From: Chromera velia
Taxonomy: Eukaryota
Assembly (NCBI GenBank): GCA_018398765.1
Contig: JAHBMJ010000529.1
Coordinates: 1 to 45,827, forward strand
Direction of reading: 5' to 3'
Length of the DNA stretch: 45,827 nt
Within the stretch, counting starts at the first letter, position 1. Each line of letters starts with the position of its first letter. The notes under the pieces are model-generated. The model was not told the DNA's origin. It saw only the letters and a list, made by a program, of their open reading frames with translations, and did not search any database. This document shows positions 35,761 through 45,827 of the stretch, in pieces. The translations under genes and the position numbers were made by a program.

Positions 35761-38700
35761 AAAGTGGATAGTGGCTAAAATAGTGAAGGGAAGTTAGACA
35801 AGATCGTTCTATTCTCTTTTCTATTGAATACTATTGAATGAGACCGAGAAGAATGTTGACACCCTTCTGAAAGATGTCATGATGAAAAAACAGGTAGTGA
35901 GAGAATTAAAAAGGAAAAAAGGAAACAACTTAAGTCAGGCCACAGGAAAAGAGTTTAACAGGCTGTATCAAGAGGTATGGAAAAGCGAGAAAGTCTTAGA
36001 AAGAGAGGGAAAAATTAAAGAGACTCAGTATAAAAGGGTGCGGAGTGATACATGGGAAGTGAAAGAAGAGGAAAAAATGAGGAGGATAGGACTAGGGATG
36101 GGATGCTAGAAGGTTTTGGAACTCGCTTTGAGCCGTTCATCTACAATTCTGGGATCGTTCCCCTTCAACTTAAAACCTTGCTTTGAAATGGAATGAGCCT
36201 TCTTACATGCATAGGCATGCAGATGATTGATTTATTCAGTGTGACCCGTTTGCGGCACAGGCTAGACCTGTGCGGGCCAGGCAGGGAGGTGACCCAGAGG
36301 TCTGATCGATGCGTCTAAGTACTTTCCCTGGAAGCTGTACGTCGGACATTCAACATTGGGGTGGGAGGCCAATCCTCCGAACATTCATCCTAATTCTAAA
36401 ACTTCTCTAGAAACTTTTTAGAATCGGCACTTCCATGAGCCTAGCAAACTGCAACATTTGTATAACAGACTAACAGTGTACATCTAGGTGTATATGTAGT
36501 AACAATCATGCAACATTCAAACAACAGTTAATTGTTTAAAAAAAAAAAATCTTTCAAGTTCATATAAATCGATCTATCTCACTTCTGTACATTTGTTTTT
36601 CTCCGTAACACCATGTGACACCCATGCAACTCCATTACAATCCCTGGCAACTATATAACACACCTCATTTGAGTTATGTTTGTCAATGCAAATTGTCATT
36701 CATTGACATTCAATTAGTCCATATGATTAACATCTCCTAACTAACTAGATACTAACTAGCTGGCTAACTTAAATTAAATATTTGCTAGTGATATGATTTC
36801 AAATGTGCCTGCAATTTGGTAAAAGCCGAGTTTGAGGCTTCAAACGATCCTTAAAAACAGTGCATCTAGCAGTGTACAATTGTTGGAACAAATGCCAGTA
36901 AAAAGGTGACGGAACCGAACGCGCTAGCAAACGCTACTGATAAAGTAATCGGGCAGAGGATCTTGCAGGCAGAAGACGGCCGGGTCCAAGAGGTTGCTCT
37001 GCTCAATAAAATTCATCCAAAAATAGAGTGGGGTCAGCGATCTGCTCAAGAGGCAAGGTGTGGCAGATTGCGCGGTGCACATGAAATGTTGTCAGGAAGC
37101 TTCGTCTGGGTCGACCGGGAAGGGTCCACGAGTTCTTGTTGTCTCCCGAAACAGTCCCATTGAGAGCTCACATGAGCTGCCGTCCTCATTGCATGCGCCG
37201 GGGGACTCTTGAAGCTGCCTCTCCCTTTTGTCGACCACCACTCTGAAAGCAGTCACAGGAGTAAAAAACAAAGAGAAGATACTTCATCGACAGCGAGCAG
37301 GTCAAAAGCGCCTGGCATGTGCATGGAAAGATACAAGAAGAGAAATGAGACTGTTCTGGTGCAGTGTAGGCAGGTAGGTCATAAGAACAGTATGTCGAAA
37401 TCATCGAAAACACACACTGAGCATCGTCTCCAGAGTCCACCCTTCACGCCGACTACCCAACCTGGTTTCGAATAGTGCCTGTAGATTCTCTCCCATGCAT
37501 CCGGACATGCATGCACAGACAGACAGACGTGCAGACTTACTGAGTCTCACCTTTTTTGCGAGAAGACCCGGTGACGTCATGAGCACGCCTTTTGCAAGGG
37601 GCCCTTGCAAGGCTTGCACTTTGAAAGGGTCCCAGGGGTTGTGTTCCTGCTCCTCTGCTGCGAAAGGCATGGGACCAAGACGCTCCTCAAGCTCCGTCTT
37701 TGTCCGTGCAGTTCTGCGTGAGACTCCCACTGTTTTGGGAGAATGACTTCTTGCTTGCCTGTGGCAGAGTCCACATCGCGACGAGAATCTGTTGTATCGC
37801 ACATGCAGACCTGGCCAGAGACTACCTGGGGGGCTCTTTTCGGCGCTGGTCCGACGAGCAATTAGGGCCACTTCGGGTGGCCCGTTCGCGCTCTCTCCCT
37901 TTTCCTGTCTTTTCCTCTTTCTGATTCTTCTTTCTTGACTTGTCTTCTGATCGGAGACTGCCTTGTTTTGGAGGGGGCAGAACAAGGCAGTCTTTTATTT
38001 TCCTGACGACCGAAACAAAGAAGAGCAGCTCACGGCAGCATGTGAATGACGGGGTCTGAGTAGTGACTGATGATTCTTGCCCCACGTTTGCCCCTGTCTG
38101 CTCTCCTTCCACCGGACAAGACTCAGCTAAGTTCCCTTCTCCACGCCCGTCTCAGGGGTGCATGGCTCATAACTTTCCGTTCACCTTGGCGCTCTGCTGC
38201 TGTCCCTCTCCACTTTCTCTTGTCGGCTCCCTCTCCTCTTCACTGCTTGCCACTGTTTCCACTAGCAAACGAGCGCAAGCAAGCACGAAACACGTAAGCG
38301 ACGACCCCCAGCTTTTCCTTCACGGGCTTTCGAAATCCTGCAAGCAGCAGACAGAATGACACAATGACAAAATTAGGTATTTTCAGATGCGGACTCACAA
38401 TATGCAGTGGGACCGTATGGGTCACCGGCTTTTTTTAACAAATTCGGTTGCAACAGGAGGGAGAGGGGCAGAGAGAGAAAGACAGAGATAATCAGGCAGG
38501 CAGGAAGACGGACAGGCACAAAAGGGGCAACGGGACTGACACACATAAATTCACACACACACACACACACACAGAGAGAGGGGGGGGGGGGNGGGGGGGG
38601 GGGGGGGAGAGAGAGAGAGAGATGGAGGCACGCACACAAAAACAGAACCAAACGGCGGCGTTCTAATCTGTGGCATGGCAAAGGCAAGAAAACCAACAAG

Positions 38701-39057
38701 TGCGCGGAGGGGCAGGTGACTTCGTTGTCGCGTCCGGTTTCCAATCGGAACATCTGTTTCCCAAAAAAGCTACTCCATGCGGATTCTTTTTTGCTTTTTC
38801 TGCACAAGGAATTTTTCACAAGTGCATGCATGAGAGACGCACCTCACGAATGAGCCACTCTACAAGGGCAGCGCAAAACAACCCGGCATTTAGAGAGGAT
38901 TCCCCTTCGTCCTTTCGTCAGACTTGGCACATCACTTGCTTCGTCATTCGAAAACTCCTCGCTACCCCTTCTGATCGTTGCATGCTTCTTCATTCCTTCT
39001 CTTTTCTGGACACCAGCTCTTTTGGGTTTCTTCTCCTTCCATGTCTGCTCTTTGTCG

Positions 39058-39794
39058 CCTCCCCTCTCCTCCCCTCAACCGCAGACCGATCTCTCAGGCG
39101 GCCGCGCGGCCTTCTTCTTCGCCACCTGGGGACTGTTGACACGAAGGCCCGAGATCACGGCTTGCTTTATGAAGGACAAGAGCGGGAAAGGAAGGACTGA
39201 TTCTGGCGCCCACGAGAGGTTTTCGCGGTCTTTCTCTCTTTCATCAATCGTGTATTTTCTTTCTCAGTCAGATGGTAAGCTTCTCTTCTCCATTCTCTTG
39301 GCCGAAAGTAAGTGAGTCAAACTTTCGTGAAAGTTGGCGATTGATTGTTTGTTTGGGCCGGTCGAATGGTCAAGCAGATAAGAAAAGTGCAGGGCCGTGT
39401 GGTACAAAAAGGAAGAGTACGCGGCTGTGCTCTTTCATTTCCTGAAAGCAAAGACGTAGCAGATTGATTCTCTTTGAAAATTGATTGTGGATGGACTGCA
39501 GCTTTATTTGGAAAGTAGAGCGGGAGGCACCCTTTTGCTCTCCCCAGAGTTGGGGATTTCCTTGTTCAGTTCGTGAGTGAAAGAGATCAGTTTTGGCTGA
39601 ACCTCCCTTCAGATGTCATCATCTCTCCTTTTTTTCCGTCTGTTCTTTCCCCCTCCCCTCTCCTCCCCTCAACCGGAAACCGATCTCTCAGGCGGCCGCC
39701 CGGCCTTCTTCTTCGCCACCTGGGGACTGTTGACACGAAGGCCCGCGATCACGGCTTGCTTTATGACGGAGAAGAGCGGGAAAGGAAGGACTGA
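39058..39794. repeat. Local direct duplication A (~143 bp: 39058-39200 and 39652-39794)
   Basis: Near-identical blocks; weaker similarity continues at ~39266-39303 vs ~39921-39958. Confidence 0.9.
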
Positions 39795-40410
39795 AGCGGG
39801 TGAGCAAGAAAGGAGATTGTGTCATGTCAGAGAGGAGAGAATCAAACGAAAGAATTCGAACATTGTGTTTACAGTCTTTTCTTTCTTTTATTTGTCCGAA
39901 GTTCATTCATTCTCTTGTGCTGTCAGGTGGAAAGCAAGTATCTCCATTCTCTCGGCCACATGCATATAGGTCATGCAGGCTTCTTTGGAAAAATTTGAAA
40001 GCGAGCTCGTCTATCGGCCCGGCATATCATGCAGAAAGAAAAAAGGGGCATGCAGACAAACCAAGACAAATGCACCGTCCCCTTGCAGTACCTTTGAGAG
40101 GCATTTCCGTGGACCGACATATGAATTGTCACGAACAACTCAGGCAGGCACATCTTGCATGCCGTACCCTTTTGGTTCTTTTAATTTCAAATGATCGTCC
40201 CCGTGATTAATTTTTCAAAGGAAAGAAACCCCGTTACCCTTCTCTAACGTCAAGAACGTCCTTTCTCTGAAAAAAAAGACATGATCGAGAGCAGAGCCCA
40301 CCGTGCACCTCCCATTAGCATAGAAATCTCAGACCCTCCTATCTCAACTTGCGAGCTCTCCGGGGAATGCACGAACTTCTCCACTCCTCTGCTTGGAAGA
40401 CGGAGGCACC

Positions 40411-41254
40411 GTGTCATTCGATCAGGTAGAGAAAAGAGAGGGAAAAGATGTACGGTCATGACAATATACTGCCAAGGGCGCATTCCCCCCACACGTACAG
40501 ACTGCCAATCTCTCTGCATTCTTTCCCTTCCTCTCTAGCCACGCCTCTTCCCCTTTCTCTTCCAAAAGCGTGTTTCCTCTCCCGAGCGATCACTTGTGGA
40601 CCTTCTGGAGGCAGGCGAATTATGTGTCGAGCTAGGCATGTCGAGAGAGACGAACCAGGATGCGAGACATCGAAAACTCGGGAGGCTAAGCAATCATGTC
40701 AGACTGACTGTGACAGGATGCAACCAAACGTCCCTTGCAAACCCATTGGTTTCTGACCCGCCTCTGATGCATGCCAGTCGACAAAAAGCTAACAACAGAA
40801 AAGCGCACAAGATCGAGCTGCCAGACTTTCCTCCAATTCTGGTCTTTCGAAAGCAACTCCCTTTTGGTTCCACCTCTTCCCAACCCTCCCCAGAAACTGT
40901 CAGTCGTGTCCTCTACTTTTTTCCCCCTTCTTATAAAATTTGGGCACGCGAACCCGCCCGATAAACCAAGCAAGCAACCAACCAACCAAGCAACCAACCA
41001 ACCAACCAACCAACCAAGCAACCAACCAACCAACCAACCAACCAACCAACCAACCAACCCTAAGGCACGAACCCAGATGGTCACGTCTGACTGTCACTGT
41101 GGCTGTTCGTACAGCCTTGCGGGGTGTCATTCGATCGGGTAGAGAGAAAAAAAGGAAAAAATGTACGATCATGACAATATACTGCCAAGGACGCATTTCC
41201 TCCACACGTACAGACTGCCAATCTCTCTGCATTCTTTCCCTTCCTCTCTAGCCA
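40411..41254. repeat. Local direct duplication B (~130 bp: 40411-40541 and 41124-41254)
   Basis: Near-identical blocks GTGTCATTCGATC...CTCTCTAGCCAC. Confidence 0.9.
40965..41060. repeat. (CCAA)n microsatellite
   Basis: Directly visible. Confidence 0.95.
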
Positions 41255-43803
41255 CAGCCACGGCGTGTCAGTGTTTTTTGTTGTTCTGCCGGCCTCGCCA
41301 TCCTGCTACGCTTCTCTGTTCCTCCTTTCCACATTTTGCGGAAAGAGATCCCCTCCTATGCCCATTTCCCAATCTCCCCGCCCCACTTGCCTGTTGATAA
41401 AATTCTGTACCGTCACACCGCCATACGTCTCTCCTCACCTCCATTTTTGGTATGCAAGCTCACCGGCAGGAAAAGACGCAAACCTCTTTTTCCCTCTCGT
41501 CCAAATACAAACAAAACACGTGCCGAAGAATTGATTGAAATCGCGGACCTGCGTCACCGACATCAAAAGGTTCACCACATCCTACTCAAGAGGAGAAACG
41601 AAGGCATTCAAGACGGCAGCAACCTGAAAGTGAGGACCCAAAACCTTCAGACACACAGAAAAGGAAAAGACAAAATCTGACTCTCCCTGTTACATCCTGT
41701 TCATTTAAGTGAACACCAGTTGGTGGAGAAATGGCGGAGTGGTGCAGAGAGTCTGCTGAAAACGAGAACAGACACAGTAAAGAAAAGAAAAGAAAAGAAA
41801 AGAGAAGAAGCCCCCCCCTGACGTTGGCACCTTGCCGCACCTTGCGCCCTCTCTCTCTCTTGTGTTTGAGTGTTGCTCAGGAGGTCTGAGATCGATGCGG
41901 CGATATGGCGTGTTTTCTTTTTGTACCTGTTTTTTCTTGCACTCCCTCTTGTGTGTTTTGCCCTGCTCATTTTCATTCTTGCTTCTGCAGTCTGTAAGTC
42001 AATTCAAGCACTTCAAAAGCAAAGAGGAGCGGGCAAACGCCTGCATGCAGAAAGAGAGAGAGTCTGTGAATGAATGACAGCAAATTGCCACCACTTAGCA
42101 GTCCCGGATCGCGCGAGGAGCTCCACTCACTAGCTCCCATGCATGCATGAAGGCAGGCATGGAAAGGAGGTGTGGTCACAAGCTCGAACATCACCGAGTG
42201 TCCCTTAGGATTCTGCGAGCAGCTAGCGCATCGCTGACTGTACTTACTGAAAAACAATGCATACAGGCAAAAGTTGCAGCTTGAGAGAAGGAATTAAGAA
42301 AAGAAGGATGGACAACCTCTCCGACGGAAACAAAAACAGGATTTCAGTAGGGTTGAAGTGCGAAGAAGTCGAGAGAGAAGGACGAGGCAGGCGGTCGCCT
42401 CTTAATTCCTGTGTGATTACCCGATCAGCCATCTGAGTCGATTGCTGATCGCGTTGCCAGAATACCACCCGACTCAGAGAGATACAAATCCACCTCTCTT
42501 CTCTTCTCTTCCTCTTTCTTTCTCCGGTCTCCATTCTCCTTTTCTTCTCCCGTGCTTCTATTTCGTTTTGTGAATGCTCTTCTCGTGTGAACCCATGCAA
42601 GGTCGCTGAAACAAAAAAAGAGAGAAGATGGGAGGAGAAGAAATTGGGGAAGGTGCTGTGGAGATCTTTCAGGGTGAAGGAGGATGAAAACAGTGTGTTT
42701 TCGCGCATGAGCAGCCCCAACTGTGTGGGCAAGAAAGGAAATAGAAACGATCCACACAAAAGTGTCGCCAGCCGCTTCAGGGTTCGAGTCTCTACGGCAT
42801 GTTAGGATCGAGACACAGATCCCGGCATGCGAACAGGGAAGATACCACAAAAACCTGCCCAAGAGAAGGATTTCGCCGGCGATGAAAATTAAGATGCTTT
42901 CTTCGTGCTTGGGAAGAAGGGAAGAATACAGAAATGACAGATGTCAGTTTCGAAGCGGGTAATGAATTTGGCGGGCACGCACCGTGGCTCGTCGAAGAAC
43001 AGGGAGCGGACCTACTCACTGCTGAGCTGGTGAAGGTGAAACGACGGAGCCCTTCTCTAAATTGGTCTGACAGTCTTCGCTCTATCGGTCGGTCGGCAGG
43101 CTCTTCTCGACTACTTCATTGATTTGTGCACTTCGCACGCAGGCAGCAAGAACGGACGCAAACTGGCACTGAAGAGCCATTGAAGAGAAAGAAACATGCA
43201 GGCGATCGCAGCTGCCTTCAATGACTTTGGACGGAATGAAGAGGACGAGGGACTAGAAGAGTCAAAGCGGCTCCCACTGACGGTGAAGAGCTCGGCCGTT
43301 TCTCCCCTTTCTTCCCTTGTCCTTCGCTTCTTGGTTCAATTTCATTTCCTCCGTAACGGTTCGAACACGCTATTGACCCGACTGTGCCTCGGTGTACATG
43401 CACCCACATCCATGCCTGCCTGTGATGGCTTCAGTGAATCCTGTTCATCAAAAAACAAGAGACTGCCCAAACATGTTTCCCCCCGCTTCTCCTCCGTCCG
43501 TCTGTCCGTCCGTCTGTCCGTCCGTCCGTCCGTCCGCTTTCTACCCTTTCCTTCCCTGATCTTACCTTTTTTCTCTCCATCTCTGTCACGGAGTTTGTGC
43601 TGCCTGTCATGATGAAGTGAGTTCAATTGCATCCTGCACAGAAGCATAAAAAACGTTTTTGTGAATTAAGTATTGCTATGGACACGCGCACATGGCTTTC
43701 TGGGAAGTGGACGCATAGACAGGAAGTCAAACGGGAAAACGGCCTATCAACTGGTCAAACAGTCAGTCAACCGGTCAGGTGGAGAATGAATCACTCACCG
43801 ATT

Positions 43804-45597
43804 TCATTCAGTCAGGGTCCTTTCACGTTCAACGCAGCAACGCAACACCGTCCGAGACCACCCGGCGAAGAATTGTTCCGTCATCTCCGACAGGGATTTT
43901 CCTGGCGGATTGGGGACCGGGTGGTCAGGTTTCTTTTGAGCTTCAGTATGCTCAGGAACAGGGATGCTGTGCACAACAGCGGAAGCCCTCCTCCCCTGTA
44001 CTGTGTCGGTTTTCTCCGTCACTGGAGAATCGGCTGGGCGATGCAGCCTGACAGTTCTTGTGCGTGCTTTCTTTTTTATCTGCGTCTCTTTGATGCTTCG
44101 GTCGTTTTGGCGAAACTTCCGCCACTCCGGTGGGCTGTAAAATCGATAGTACCGGTCTGTTGTTTCTATTTCTTCTGCTTTTGAGTCCTCCTGTGTGCTG
44201 CAATCCTCATCAATTTCGAGGATGACCCAACGAGGAGGAAGAGGGGCGGTGAAGACTCGATGCTTTTTTGGGAAGTGGGCAGTGGGAGCGCCTCCCTCCC
44301 GGGTGGTCGGGTGGCTGGTGGGACTGCGGGTGTCAACGGCTGTTGGCAGAAAAGCTGCATCGTCCTTCTCTGCTCTAATTTTTCCTCTGTCATCCGGCCA
44401 CTCGTTGTGTGTGCAGACGCCGGCATCTTTCGAGAGGGTTTCAAGGAAGCCGACCTCAGAAGCTACGCTGCTCTTTTCACTCAGGTCGTCAGCAGTATAT
44501 GGAGCGTGGGTCGACAGCGCATCTCTAAATAACAGTGATTCAGGTACCCCCGCAGCTCTTTCATGCCGGCGCTCACTGACTTCTTCTGCCTCAATCTCTG
44601 CCGCTCTGTCATTCGTCCTTCGAAGCCATCTCAAGGCCAAGTTCATCATCTTCCGCTCTTCTGCCGCAGCGGCGATTGAGGCCTCTTCGGAGAGCGGAAT
44701 ACGAAAGCTGGGGACACACTTTCCCTCAAGCCCTCCTTCTTCTTCGTTCCCTCTTTTGGTTTCTCCCTCTCCATCTCTCTTGTCTTCCTGCTTGATTCGA
44801 AACAGGTCGTTGAAGAATGATGTGACGACTTACCATGGGTTCGTCTGTTTTTCTTTCCATTCGTTGAAAGTCTTTATCAGGCTATCAATCTCTCCGAAGA
44901 ATCTCCCAGTGGTTCTGTTTTCGTTGTGTTCAAGAACCAGCACTTGGCCCGACTTCAGAACAATGTAGCAGGGTTCACACCGCAGGATCCCGAAAGCCGT
45001 TGTGCGGAAAGGAGAATCGGCAAACCCGCTCTCAGGTGACAACGCGTTTCCGATCTCACTGATTTCTGTAAAGGGGACCTCGAACAGCAGTCCTTTGGCT
45101 CTCACTGCCTCGACAGTTTTGCCATCCTCCAATACGGGGTAGAGCATAAGTTTGTCTGAAGCACATGTGAAGGTCAGACGTTCGAAGTAGCTTTCGAAGC
45201 TGCGATAAGTCTCGTAGTCTGCTGTTTGGGACGTAATGCAAGCATTGCACGCGACTTGCACACGATTCCACGATAGAATCGCTGTGTCGCCCATTTTGCC
45301 AAGTATGGGCTGCAGTTTCAAGGCTCGCAATGTATGTTTCCAAAACGTTCGCGCGATTCCGGGTTCGAAAGTTTCTACGGTTTTGCAGGACTGTGACTCT
45401 GCACCCCTCGCAGGGTGTCTGTTTCTTGGCCGAAGGCAATTTGGCTGAGTGCGGCTTGTGATTGCGTAAACGTTGATGTACGTGCCAGCCAGAGCCCACG
45501 AGAGGAGATGTCTGAATGATATATGAGGCTGCATGGACCGCACTGGACCGAACTGAGCAGCCTTCAAGTGGAAAGATGCATGGACTGATGCCTGCAT
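43804..45597 (-). pseudogene. Long reading frame interrupted by one in-frame TAA; N-terminal part weakly SUKH/SMI1-KNR4-like
   Basis: ORFs 45597-44830 and 44649-43804 share a frame and are linked by 60 stop-free codons (TNPW*VVTSFFNDLFRIKQEDK...). The true start is uncertain (possibly MGDTAILSW). Confidence 0.5.
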
Positions 45598-45827
45598 GCA
45601 CTGATTGTGCGAGCATGCATGCAGGCTGCCGTGCGCATCAAAGATTTACTCTTATCGCCTCTCCGGGCGTGTATTGGTCCGGTATGCATAGGTTTGGTTC
45701 GTATTTCCATCAATCCTGGTTGGCCCCCTGCTCCTTCGAGCCGTTGGGTGGGGTGCGGACAACGCTGGCGCGCTGCCTCCAGCGAAGCACCCCGTCCACC
45801 AAGACAAAAACCACCCCCCCCCCCCCC

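Larger units (their letters stand above)
37096..43080 (-). other. Putative exons of unidentified multi-exon gene(s)
   Basis: Several AG/GT-bounded open segments (e.g. ~37787-37551 ...EQEHNPWDPFKVQALQGPLAKGVLMTSPGLLAKK|gtgaga; ~43066-43020). No full model or domain could be derived. Confidence 0.3.

Noticed and set aside
42770..42800. tRNA T-arm-like GGTTCGAGTC (similar at ~14654)
   Set aside because: No acceptor, D or anticodon stems can be built around it.
31036..45597. Stop-codon reassignment (TAA/TAG=Gln) to explain in-frame stops
   Set aside because: LSm4 ends at TAA at the expected position and RF1 ends at TGA; mutation explains the stops more simply.

Overview
Intron-rich eukaryotic nuclear DNA, not prokaryotic. 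Abundant TGCATGCA motifs, microsatellite-filled introns and a plastid-type release factor suggest a chromerid/apicomplexan relative such as Chromera (inference). Most ORF-track entries are microsatellite or antisense artefacts; the real genes are spliced and were rebuilt by hand. Genes: a tandem-CCCH zinc-finger gene (-), a plastid-type RF1/PrfA with no visible N-terminal exons (+), a complete 7-exon LSm4 (-), an RPxSA-rich hypothetical protein (+), a SET domain fused to 18-aa Cys/His (CEHG) repeats with in-frame stops (+), and a long ORF with one in-frame TAA and a possible SUKH-like domain (-). Mobile DNA: a full-length but dead chromodomain Ty3/Gypsy element (276-bp LTRs, AAACT TSD), a hAT relic, two MITE-like elements, a LINE 3' relic, a dispersed repeat pair and a 28-29-bp minisatellite. 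The strongest unexplained signal is repeat-focused C-to-T hypermutation at CpG and CpA (all 16 LTR-LTR differences are transitions, conserved TE codons are hit at CpA, and AT-rich blocks separate the genes), reminiscent of fungal RIP.
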